A stretch of 64,000 bases of DNA, taken from NCBI GenBank assembly GCA_014894395.1, contig JADBLO010000072.1:130351-194350 (forward strand). Reading direction: 5' to 3'. Positions 1 through 8,581 of this stretch are shown here, piece after piece. Within the stretch, counting starts at the first letter, position 1. Each line of letters starts with the position of its first letter. The notes beneath the pieces were generated by a model that made no database searches, had not been told where the DNA came from, and saw only the letters and a program-made list of their open reading frames with translations. A program made the position numbers and the translations under genes. The DNA is from Thermoplasmata archaeon. Its GTDB lineage: Archaea; Thermoplasmatota; E2; DHVEG-1.

Positions 1-211
1 TTCCCCATGGATGAGAATCGATAACCACATTCCTATTAAAAGGTATTTCTGCTTTTACAAACAATTTCTTGGAGGTTCTATCCTCTACGATTACGTTTAG
101 ACCAATGGCCATTCCACAGTCATCCCAACAGGTATCATTTGTTCATCCTGAGCAAGTTCATTCGCAGTATCGGTGAGTGCATCGATATATATTGTAGGAG
201 TCCTCTCGCGA

Positions 212-1264
212 TTAACAGATTCGTGGCACGGGATCACCCAATGGTTTATGGATGATTCGTTTGCCACCAACCATGGTCTCCATAACAACACCATGGATCT
301 GGCTTGTTGCTTCTCCTATGATTGTTGCGTGTCTCCCCAGAGGATGTTTTTTCAGAACAGCAAGAACATCATCTGCTTTTTCTTTCACAACACCAAGGAC
401 GACTTTTCCTTCATTTCCGATCTCCAAGGGATCGATTCCGAGCAGGTCACAGGCAGATCGTACACCATCAGGAATGGGAACAGCATCTTCATGGAGAATA
501 ATTCCTACCTTTGATTTCTCGGAAAACTCGTTGACCGTGTTTGCAAGTCCTCCCCGGGTAGGGTCTTTTGCAGAGACAATGCCGCCCTCAACAAGTATCT
601 TTTCCATGAGCCCATTGACCGGCGCGATATCTGACTTGATTGTTGTTTCAAACCCGTATCCCTCACGAAACGACAACAGAGCAATACCGTGTTCACCGAT
701 ATTGCCGGAGAGAATAATCATATCTCCTTTTGAAAGATTGGAATCAAGCAACCATCGTTGTTTGAATGTGCGATGTCGTTTCACAACCTTAATGTTACTT
801 TCAAGATATTTACCTCGTTTCCCGATGCCGCTGGTATTGATCATGAATTCTTGGATCGCACCTTTTTCAACTACCTTTGTGTCTCCGGTGATGATTGGGA
901 CACCTGCTTTGTTTGCGGTTGTTGCCATGCTTCTCACAATGGTTTCGAACGTGTCCATGGAGAAACCTTCTTCGATGATGAACCCTGCAGAAAGAGCAAG
1001 CGGTGTTGCTCCCATGACCGCGACATCGTTAATAGTACCACAGACCGCAAGAGACCCGATGTCACCGCCAGGAAAAATCAATGGTTGCACGGTATGAGAG
1101 TCTGTTGAAAACACAATATCATCAATGACCGCAGCATCATCAAGAGCAGCAAGAGAGACCTCAGCAGTTCCTTGTTTCTTGAAATATTTCAGGATGCTTT
1201 GTTTGATGAGCTGGTCCATGAGTTCGCCGCCAGCTCCTTGCGCGAGTGTGATTTTACTTGCCAT
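212..1264 (-). CDS. hypE: Hydrogenase maturation factor HypE (carbamoyl dehydratase, AIR-synthase fold)
   Basis: 350 aa. N-terminus MASKITLAQGAGGELMDQLIK is typical of HypE. The C-terminus ends in the conserved PRIC motif (the Cys that gets carbamoylated). Confidence 0.8.
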   Translation of the reverse strand: MASKITLAQGAGGELMDQLIKQSILKYFKKQGTAEVSLAALDDAAVIDDIVFSTDSHTVQPLIFPGGDIGSLAVCGTINDVAVMGATPLALSAGFIIEEGFSMDTFETIVRSMATTANKAGVPIITGDTKVVEKGAIQEFMINTSGIGKRGKYLESNIKVVKRHRTFKQRWLLDSNLSKGDMIILSGNIGEHGIALLSFREGYGFETTIKSDIAPVNGLMEKILVEGGIVSAKDPTRGGLANTVNEFSEKSKVGIILHEDAVPIPDGVRSACDLLGIDPLEIGNEGKVVLGVVKEKADDVLAVLKKHPLGRHATIIGEATSQIHGVVMETMVGGKRIIHKPLGDPVPRIC

Positions 1265-1346
1265 TGTTTCTCCAAGAACATTGTTTTTGTATGGTATGCG
1301 ATGGAGAGGATTTATTTATATTCTCTGTTAGCATCACTGAAAATAT

Positions 1347-1607
1347 ATGTGGCAATGGCAGGATCTTGTTCTTACGGTTATCAACTTTGGGTTCATGGTA
1401 ACCGCGATTCCGGCGATTATGCGAAATTATCAACTAAAAGAAGCGAAAAGTCAATCGCTGTCAATGTATCTATCAACTGCGGTTCTGCTGACCGTCATGG
1501 CATATGTTTTTTTCACTCTTGATATGCTGCTCAGTAGTGTGTCTACTGCAGGAACTGGTATCATGTGGTATATCTTGACGTATCAGAAGGTACAATATTC
1601 GGAATGA
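1347..1607 (+). CDS. Small hydrophobic protein (2-3 predicted TM helices), unknown function
   Basis: 86-aa ORF in an otherwise uncovered gap, with a hydrophobic composition. No recognisable motif. Confidence 0.3.
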   Translation: MWQWQDLVLTVINFGFMVTAIPAIMRNYQLKEAKSQSLSMYLSTAVLLTVMAYVFFTLDMLLSSVSTAGTGIMWYILTYQKVQYSE

Positions 1608-1628
1608 AATGGTAGTGAGGGGAGTTCC

Positions 1629-2069
1629 ATGGATTCTCTGATTATGTGTATCGGCAATCGAGACGGCGGCGATGATGGGATCGGGCCGCATATTGCTGAT
1701 ACCCTAAAGATTGATTCCCTTGATTTTGTGGTTCTTGATTGCGGAACGACACCGGAGAATTACACAGCGGTCGTCAAGCGACATAAACCAAAAACACTCG
1801 TTCTTATCGATGCTGCAGATATGGGTCTTGCTGCCGGGGATATACGAATAATTCCTAAAGAAAAACTCGGAAGCATGCATATCAGTACACATGGAATACC
1901 GCTCTCAATTTTAATCCAGTATTTGGAGAAAGAAGTAGAACATGTTATCTTTATAGGGATTCAACCACAAACGATGTTTGGGGAGATAAGTAAACCTGTA
2001 AAAAAGAGCGCAGAACAGCTTATCGAACTCCTGAAAAAGAAGAAAATAGATCAGATAAAAATCCTCTAG
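1629..2069 (+). CDS. Hydrogenase maturation endopeptidase (HycI/HyaD/FrhD family)
   Basis: 146 aa. N-terminal GNRDGGDDGIGPHIADTL matches the GNxxxxDDGxG metal-binding signature of hydrogenase maturation proteases. Size fits. Confidence 0.6.
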   Translation: MDSLIMCIGNRDGGDDGIGPHIADTLKIDSLDFVVLDCGTTPENYTAVVKRHKPKTLVLIDAADMGLAAGDIRIIPKEKLGSMHISTHGIPLSILIQYLEKEVEHVIFIGIQPQTMFGEISKPVKKSAEQLIELLKKKKIDQIKIL

Positions 2070-2998
2070 TAAGGATATTTTTTTCCAAGAGCCTCTGTGG
2101 ATGAAAGCGCAGCGATTGCCCCCTCAGCACACGCTGTGATCACTTGTCGTAATCCACCAGTGATGTCACCAGCGGCATAGACACCTTTGATGTTTGTCCG
2201 TTGCTGTCTATCCACTACGATATACCCGTGATCATTGAGAGTGAGACCGAGTATTTTAGCTAATTCATTTTGTGGTGTATCACCTACAGAAATGAAGACA
2301 CCATCCACCTCAAGAACTGATTTCTTTTGACTTGCAACATCGGTCAGATGAACACTTTCAACAGTATCTTTCCCTGCGATTCTATCTGCTTCTTTGTTCA
2401 ATAAGATTTGGATGTGTTTCTCTCGTGCCTCGGTTTCATATATTTTTTCTGCCCGGAGTTGCTCTCGTCGATGCACCAGCGTAACGTTTTTACACCCTAT
2501 TTGTTTGAGAAAGATTGCTTCCATGAGAGCGGTGTTTCCACCGCCCATTACCGCAACATGTTTCCCTTTGAAGAAAAACCCATCACAGGTGGCGCAATAC
2601 GAAACACCTTTTCCCAGAAATTCTTTTTCCCCAGGGATATCAAGTGTTTTGTGTTCGGTTCCGGTGCAAAGCAGAATCGCACCAACACTGTAGTTTGCTT
2701 TCGTTGTCACAAGCGTGAACGTGTCAGTGGAACGATGGATTGTTTTTACTTCCTCGTAGAGGTGCATCGTGACGTATTTTTCTGCATGGCGTTTCATTTT
2801 CTCCATGAGTTCTGCACCGGGGATTGATTCGAAGCCGGCGTAATTTTCTATTTTTGGCGAGAGTACTGCTCGTCCGCCGCCGTCACCTCTATCAAAAAGA
2901 GCGGTTTTAATACCGGACCGTGCCGCGTAGATTCCTGCGGAGTACCCAGCAGGGCCCGCGCCAATGATTGCTAATTCATAGTCCATATGGGTCCTCAT
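2066..2998 (-). CDS. trxB: Thioredoxin-disulfide reductase
   Basis: 310 aa. FAD-binding AIIGAGPAGYSAG near the N-terminus, redox-active CATCDG motif, second GGGNTA NADPH-binding motif. Confidence 0.8.
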   Translation of the reverse strand: MRTHMDYELAIIGAGPAGYSAGIYAARSGIKTALFDRGDGGGRAVLSPKIENYAGFESIPGAELMEKMKRHAEKYVTMHLYEEVKTIHRSTDTFTLVTTKANYSVGAILLCTGTEHKTLDIPGEKEFLGKGVSYCATCDGFFFKGKHVAVMGGGNTALMEAIFLKQIGCKNVTLVHRREQLRAEKIYETEAREKHIQILLNKEADRIAGKDTVESVHLTDVASQKKSVLEVDGVFISVGDTPQNELAKILGLTLNDHGYIVVDRQQRTNIKGVYAAGDITGGLRQVITACAEGAIAALSSTEALGKKYPY

Positions 2999-3021
2999 TG
3001 AATATGTACTATTTAGTTTTT

Positions 3022-3714
3022 TTAAATGCCTCTCACTGCACAGCGTTTGAAAAATGGTTGTATAGCGGTTAACGTCTCTTCGAGGTAGTTTTTTGGATAC
3101 GGAATAGCATGTTCAAGTGTTGATGAAATCAAAGGAGAAAGGGGTTTGAACTGTTGAAGATAATACAGGTCTGCTCCTTTCAACCATTTTGCAATCTCAA
3201 CGATATCCTCTTTTTTCAACAGATCTGGAACGAACGTGGTCTTAAACTCATACGCAGGTGCCTTATTCTTGATAAGATCGATTGATGCTTCAATCTTCGA
3301 CGTATCGACATCGACACCAGCAAGCTCACGGTATCTCCTCTTCGGTGCCTTCACGTCCATCGCGACGTAATCAACAAGCTGTTGTCCCAGCAATTCACCA
3401 AGTTTTTCTGGAAACGCACCGTTCGTATCAACCTTTACTAAAAATCTCTGTTTTTTTATTTTTTCAATGAAATCAACGATATCTTCCTGTAACAGTGGCT
3501 CTCCACCAGAGATAACCACCCCTTCAAGTTGTCCTTTTCGTTTAGAAAGAAAAGAGAGGATTTCATCCTCAGGGAATAACTCTGCGGTCCCCAGCGCAAG
3601 ATTCTTGTTGTAACAGAACGGGCAGCGGAAATTACATCCGCTAGCCCAGACTATCGCACTAATCCGATCTGGATAGTCAAGCAACGATGTTTTCTGAAAG
3701 CCACCTATTTTCAT
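3022..3714 (-). CDS. nrdG: Anaerobic ribonucleotide reductase activating protein (radical SAM)
   Basis: 230 aa. CNFRCPFC radical-SAM CxxxCxxC motif near the N-terminus. Overlaps the nrdD stop by 4 nt. Confidence 0.8.
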   Translation of the reverse strand: MKIGGFQKTSLLDYPDRISAIVWASGCNFRCPFCYNKNLALGTAELFPEDEILSFLSKRKGQLEGVVISGGEPLLQEDIVDFIEKIKKQRFLVKVDTNGAFPEKLGELLGQQLVDYVAMDVKAPKRRYRELAGVDVDTSKIEASIDLIKNKAPAYEFKTTFVPDLLKKEDIVEIAKWLKGADLYYLQQFKPLSPLISSTLEHAIPYPKNYLEETLTAIQPFFKRCAVRGI

Positions 3715-6700
3715 TGTGTAACAAGAACCTTTTCTCTCATATCAAATGTTTTTCGATCACGGAACTCCTGCTGTTTTCCTTTATTCCATTGGTTCACCGG
3801 TCGGATATATCCTACGACCCGAGAGTAGATTTCGCATTCCGTGGTTTTTTGTTCAGCATGACAGGTCGGGCAGTACTGATGTTCACCAGCGATGTACCCA
3901 TGGTCAGGGCAGACGCTAAACGTCGGTGTGATGGTATAGTACGGGAGCGCGTAGTTCTCTGCAACCTTTCGAACTAAGTTCTTGATAGCAGTCGGCGAGG
4001 GTTCTTCCTCACCAAGGAAGATATGCAGTACCGTGCCACCAGTGTATTTTGTCTGTAAGGAATCCTGCAGATCAAGGGCTTCAAAGACATCCGTTGTAAA
4101 TCCAACAGGCAGTTGCGTGGAGTTGGTGTAGTATGGTTCAACGTCCCGCCCACGGTTTTGAGTGTAGATCTCCTGGTTGTATGTTCGAATGTCAGGGTAT
4201 TGTTTCTTATCGATTCGTGCGAGTCGATAGCTCGTCCCTTCTCCCGGTGTTGCCTCCAGGTTAAAGATGTTTTCGGTTTCTTCCTGGAAATCCGCGATAC
4301 GCGTGCGCATGTAATCAAGGACTTTCTCTGCGAATGCCTTACCCTCGGGATCGGCAATACTCTTATTCATGAAGTTCAGCAGAGCATCGTTCATGCCGAT
4401 GAGACCAATGGTAGAGAAATGGTTCTTCCAGTATTCCCCAAAGGTTTTCTTCACATCGGAGAGATAGAACCGTGAGTAGGGATGCAATCCACTATCGGTG
4501 AGATTTTCGATGAGATCTCGTTTGATTTCCAAGCTTTGTTTTGCAAGCACCATAAGTGCATCCAGTCGTTCAAAGAAATCAGTGTCATCTTTTGCAAGAT
4601 ACCCTATCCGCGGCATATTGAGGGTGACGACCCCTATCGATCCGGTTTTGGGATTCGCACCAAAAAGACCGCCACCTCGTTTTCTGAGTTCACGATTATC
4701 AAGTCTCAATCGACAATTGTGTGTTAGAATACCTGTTGTACCGACAGTGAACACAGGTGTTCCATTTTTTACCTCAAAACAATATGCGGCACTGTTGGAT
4801 ATCGGTGCGATGTCCTTTATCTTTACCCAGAGTTTATTGTTCTTCTTAAACCATATATCACCATAATTTTTTCTGTTTAATTGATATATTAATACTGCGT
4901 AATTAGGTTCTTTTCCCAGTCTTCCTTCGCGTGCATCTTCATAGATACTTGTCGTGGTTCCAAGCGTTGCAGTGAGCATGTTTAACGTTTCAACCATCTG
5001 AGGTGAAGAGGTATAAATTCTATTTCTGTTTCCGCCATCGGTGTCATAATGACCAGTAAGTGCCCCTTTTCTAAACTCCTTGCTCACGGTAAAAATCCTT
5101 GCTGTATATTTTTTATCTCTTTTTATTCCCTCGACATAATCTTTACATAAACCAACTGCTGCCTTTGAATGAACCTTGACTGTTGTTAATTTTGTTTTTT
5201 TATCAGCAGTAATTGTACAATGTGCACCGAAATACTGCTCAGCAATTTTAATGAGTTTTGTGATCACCTTTTTTTTGTAGTGGTTTTCTAAAGAAAACAC
5301 CACTGATGTATCACCATCAAAGGATCCATCTCCTGCATACGCTCCAACAAAATAACCTAAGTCTTTTGTCCCTCCAGATCCCTCATATTCCTGTAAAGAG
5401 TACGGTAGATACATTCCGAGTTTGAGGTCTTGACCTTTTACAACGCTTTCTTTTTTTTCGGAAGAATCATTCATTATATAGTTTAAATGATGGGATGACA
5501 TTTTAATTTCATGACCATTTTCTAATTTGATTTTTATCATTTGTTGGTCGTTCCATTTGTTAAATTTTCCTTTGATAAATTTCCCAGCACTATAGATTTC
5601 ATATTCCCCTTGGTTACTGTTACCTTCATAGATATTTCTAATCATTGAATATTCAACGATTCTTCCTCTTGAAGATTTAATTAGAACTTTTTCATCTCCA
5701 GCTAAAGGGCACATGGATCGTGCATCATCCGGCTTCATGTCGCTGTTAATAAAATTACTGAAGTACGGGATCCCGTATTTCGCGGTCATGTCCCAGAGTG
5801 GTGTCAGTCCATCGTTGTTCCAGTTGAAATCTTTTGTGATGTTATAGGTTGGAATGGGAAATGTAAATGGCCTCCCCTTAGAATCACCGTCATGCATGTT
5901 CTCTGCGAATGCACGGTTGATCATCTCCATCTCACCGGTGTATTCACTATAATTATTGTCAGTAAGATTTCCGCCGATAATCGCTGGTTCCTCAGCAAGG
6001 TATCCAGGTATGGTTAAATCCATTGTACAGTTACTGAAAGGCGATTGGAAGCCAACACGTGTTGGTACATTCATATTGAACAAAAATTTTTGCATCTCTT
6101 GCTTTACACTATCGTACTGGAGTTGGTCTTTTGCAATGAATGGTGCTAATAAAGTATCAAAATTCGAAAGAGCCTGTGCTCCTGCGGCTTCACCCTGTAA
6201 AGTGTACAGATAGTTCACGATATGCATAAGTGCAGTGCTGAAATGTTTCGCTGGTTTGCTTTCGATTTTCCCGGAGACGCCTTTGAAACCGAGGAGTAAT
6301 AAATCTTTTAAGTCCCACCCCACGCAATATGGTCCGAGTGTCCCAAGGTCGTGCAGGTGGTAGTCTCCCTTGGTGTGCGCATCTCCTATCTCAGGCGGAT
6401 AAATCTTATTGAGCCAGTAATGAGAAATAATGCTTTCAGTGGCGTACACATTCAATCCTTGCAAAGAGTATGCCATGTTGCTATTCTCATTGACCTTCCA
6501 GTCCAACATGCTGAGGTAGTCATCAACCACATCAATGTCTTTCAGAAGTCCCCCGATTTCTCGCATGTCCTGGTGTTGTTTCCTGTAGAGGATGAATGCT
6601 TTCGCGGTTTTCGCATGACCATCCTCTATGATGACTTTTTCTACGACGTCCTGGACTTGTTCAACTGTAGGGATTTCACTGCGTTTCAACTCTTTTTCTA

Positions 6701-6848
6701 AGATGGTGATAACTTTGTCTGTCAGCTCTGCTGCTTTCTTGTAGTCTTTTCCACCGACTGCTTGTGCTGCTTTCCAGATTGCTTCTGTGATTCTTACTGG
6801 GTTGAAGTCAACAATTTTCCCGTCTCGTTTCTTAATCTTCCGTATCAT
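3711..6848 (-). CDS. nrdD: Anaerobic (class III) ribonucleoside-triphosphate reductase NrdD, with an in-frame intein
   Basis: 1045 aa. N-terminal ATP-cone (VRITEAIWKAA...). C-terminal glycyl radical motif RVVGYIRPV and a Zn-ribbon CPDHG...CPTC. Removing the 332-aa intein leaves ~713 aa, typical for NrdD. Confidence 0.85.
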   Translation of the reverse strand: MIRKIKKRDGKIVDFNPVRITEAIWKAAQAVGGKDYKKAAELTDKVITILEKELKRSEIPTVEQVQDVVEKVIIEDGHAKTAKAFILYRKQHQDMREIGGLLKDIDVVDDYLSMLDWKVNENSNMAYSLQGLNVYATESIISHYWLNKIYPPEIGDAHTKGDYHLHDLGTLGPYCVGWDLKDLLLLGFKGVSGKIESKPAKHFSTALMHIVNYLYTLQGEAAGAQALSNFDTLLAPFIAKDQLQYDSVKQEMQKFLFNMNVPTRVGFQSPFSNCTMDLTIPGYLAEEPAIIGGNLTDNNYSEYTGEMEMINRAFAENMHDGDSKGRPFTFPIPTYNITKDFNWNNDGLTPLWDMTAKYGIPYFSNFINSDMKPDDARSMCPLAGDEKVLIKSSRGRIVEYSMIRNIYEGNSNQGEYEIYSAGKFIKGKFNKWNDQQMIKIKLENGHEIKMSSHHLNYIMNDSSEKKESVVKGQDLKLGMYLPYSLQEYEGSGGTKDLGYFVGAYAGDGSFDGDTSVVFSLENHYKKKVITKLIKIAEQYFGAHCTITADKKTKLTTVKVHSKAAVGLCKDYVEGIKRDKKYTARIFTVSKEFRKGALTGHYDTDGGNRNRIYTSSPQMVETLNMLTATLGTTTSIYEDAREGRLGKEPNYAVLIYQLNRKNYGDIWFKKNNKLWVKIKDIAPISNSAAYCFEVKNGTPVFTVGTTGILTHNCRLRLDNRELRKRGGGLFGANPKTGSIGVVTLNMPRIGYLAKDDTDFFERLDALMVLAKQSLEIKRDLIENLTDSGLHPYSRFYLSDVKKTFGEYWKNHFSTIGLIGMNDALLNFMNKSIADPEGKAFAEKVLDYMRTRIADFQEETENIFNLEATPGEGTSYRLARIDKKQYPDIRTYNQEIYTQNRGRDVEPYYTNSTQLPVGFTTDVFEALDLQDSLQTKYTGGTVLHIFLGEEEPSPTAIKNLVRKVAENYALPYYTITPTFSVCPDHGYIAGEHQYCPTCHAEQKTTECEIYSRVVGYIRPVNQWNKGKQQEFRDRKTFDMREKVLVTQ
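4716..5711 (-). mobile_element. Intein (332 aa) with LAGLIDADG homing-endonuclease domain inside NrdD
   Basis: Starts with Cys (SM|CPLAGDEKV...) and ends ...GILTHN followed by the extein Cys (CRLRL). LAGLIDADG-like blocks LGYFVGAYAGDGSF and LTGHYDTDGG. Boundaries were counted codon by codon. Confidence 0.75.
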
Positions 6849-6862
6849 GTGGTTCTTTCCTC

Positions 6863-7309
6863 CTATTTCTCTATTAAATTTTTAACCTCTTTTTCGAAGC
6901 TGGTGACGTCAGTGAACTGACGATAGACCGATGCGAACCTGATGTATGCGACATGATCGACTTCTTTTAATGCATCCATGACGTATTCTCCTATGAGGGA
7001 GGTTTCGATTTCTTCTTTTCCGACTCGTCTGATTTTTTCTTCAATTCCATCGATCATTTCTTCGATTTTTTCATGGGTGATTGGACGTTTCTCAAGTGCT
7101 TTTTCCATTCCGTTTCTGATTTTACAGCGGTCGAATCGTTCTCGTCTGCCGTCTTTTTTTATGACGAAAAGTGGTGCCATTTCGATGTATTCGTAGGTCG
7201 TGAATCGCTTGTTGCAGCTGAGGCATTCTCGTCGTCTGCGTATTGATCCTCCCGTATCGCGAGAGTCGGTAACCTTCGTGTCAATATGGTTGCAATAGGG
7301 ACAGTTCAT
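6863..7309 (-). CDS. nrdR: Transcriptional repressor NrdR (Zn-ribbon plus ATP-cone)
   Basis: 148 aa. [19 protein letters not shown]...[17 protein letters not shown] is the canonical NrdR N-terminus. Immediately upstream of nrdD. Confidence 0.8.
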   Translation of the reverse strand: MNCPYCNHIDTKVTDSRDTGGSIRRRRECLSCNKRFTTYEYIEMAPLFVIKKDGRRERFDRCKIRNGMEKALEKRPITHEKIEEMIDGIEEKIRRVGKEEIETSLIGEYVMDALKEVDHVAYIRFASVYRQFTDVTSFEKEVKNLIEK

Positions 7310-7324
7310 CTCACCACACCAGAT

Positions 7325-7371
7325 ACAATATATAGTATAGCAAAAATTTTAAGCTACAAACTGTAGTATAG
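7325..7371 (-). promoter_or_regulatory. Two candidate NrdR boxes / promoter region of the nrdR-nrdD-nrdG operon
   Basis: ACAATATATAGTATAG at 7325-7340 and ACAAACTGTAGTATAG at 7356-7371. They share TAGTATAG exactly 31 bp apart. The second sits in the palindrome CTACAAACTGTAG. They lie 16-62 nt upstream of the nrdR start. Confidence 0.4.
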
Positions 7372-7456
7372 TTGGGTGGTTTTTAAGTCTTTTCATTTTT
7401 TGAAAAAAATGTGGTTTTCTTCCGTCTAATTTATTAACTATTTTGACTGTGAAATG

Positions 7457-8086
7457 TTAGAGTTTGACGTTCGTTGCATGCGTGACTGCGAACTTTACAA
7501 GCTCATCGACATTGATTTTTTGTTCTTCGGTGAGTATCTGCTCAAGACGTGCTCTCGTCGATGGTTTGATCGGGACCGCACCACATCCATCAGCAGGTGA
7601 AATTGATAAATCAAAGGTCCCAATCTTTTTTGCAATCTGAATCGTGTCTTCCTTATCAAACCCGATCAATGGTCGGAGGATCGGGATGCTGACTGCTTGT
7701 TCCACGACACGAATGTTTTGCAGTGTCTGCGATGCAACCTGACCGAGAGAATCACCCATCACAATTGCATCCGCGTGCTCTTTTTTTGCGATTGCTTCTG
7801 CGTACCGCAGCATCATGCGTTTGCAGACGACGCACGTAAATTTGTTGTCACAACTAGTTTTGTAGGACTGAAGCGTCTGTCCATGCGGAATAAGTATTGC
7901 ATTCAGTTTCGATGGCAATTTTTTCTTGAGGTATTTCGCAAGAGTAACAAATTTTTCTATCTCGCGGTCATCGGTAAATGGGCGATTATCGGCATGAACC
8001 AAAATAATCTCATCTGCATTCTTTGAAAGCAGGTACGTCGCGACCGGGGAATCGATACCACTGGAGACCAACGCGACGAATTTCAT
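7457..8086 (-). CDS. PP-loop ATP pyrophosphatase, ThiI-like sulfurtransferase lacking the THUMP domain
   Basis: 209 aa. SSGIDSPVA PP-loop (SGGxDS-like) near the N-terminus. Conserved Cys pairs. Confidence 0.55.
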   Translation of the reverse strand: MKFVALVSSGIDSPVATYLLSKNADEIILVHADNRPFTDDREIEKFVTLAKYLKKKLPSKLNAILIPHGQTLQSYKTSCDNKFTCVVCKRMMLRYAEAIAKKEHADAIVMGDSLGQVASQTLQNIRVVEQAVSIPILRPLIGFDKEDTIQIAKKIGTFDLSISPADGCGAVPIKPSTRARLEQILTEEQKINVDELVKFAVTHATNVKL

Positions 8087-8406
8087 GCGGTCTCCTCTTC
8101 AACATACGCAAGATATTCTTTCAATCCACCGACAGGAGGAAACACGATGATATCCGGGGTTTCATAGGGATGCAATGAACGAATCTTCTGTATTGCTTTC
8201 TCAACATTCCTTTCTGTGGTTTTCGCAATGAGTACACATTCATTGCTTTCCTCGATTTTCCCCTGCCACCGATATATTGACTCAATCTTTGGAATGATAT
8301 TGACACAGGCGACCAGTTTGTCTTTTAACAGCGCGTGAGCAATTCTTCGCGCATCCTCAATGGTACCTGTTGTTGAATAGAGAATCGAAACCATGGCCAT
8401 ACTCAT
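8083..8406 (-). CDS. cutA: Divalent-cation tolerance protein CutA
   Basis: CutA1 fold signature ...VACVNIIP...SIYRWQGKIEE...E...LIAKTT... The ORF is longer in the track (to 8535). The start was moved to the Met before VSILYSTTG because the upstream residues are AT-rich junk. Confidence 0.7.
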   Translation of the reverse strand: MSMAMVSILYSTTGTIEDARRIAHALLKDKLVACVNIIPKIESIYRWQGKIEESNECVLIAKTTERNVEKAIQKIRSLHPYETPDIIVFPPVGGLKEYLAYVEEETA

Positions 8407-8581
8407 AGAATAGATGATTTTAAGAGTTTGCATTAAGCAGATTTTATACAAAAAATAGGGAGGAGTTGTGCGTAAAAAATAATTCTGCTTATAAACTAAA
8501 CATTTGTTCGTATAAATACTGTGTGTAATAAACATTTATATAACACTTCAGCCTATAGAAATGTAGATAAGAGGAAAGAAA

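Noticed and set aside
252-1097. Long + strand ORFs (252..1097, 758..1108, 1172..1522) overlapping hypE
   Set aside because: They are antisense to a well-supported HypE CDS with clear motifs. Proline/serine/arginine-rich junk composition marks them as shadow ORFs.
8407-8535. Longer CutA ORF (150 aa) beginning MFITHSIYTN
   Set aside because: The N-terminal 43 residues come from AT-rich intergenic DNA and have no CutA similarity. Start moved to the MSMAMVSILY region.
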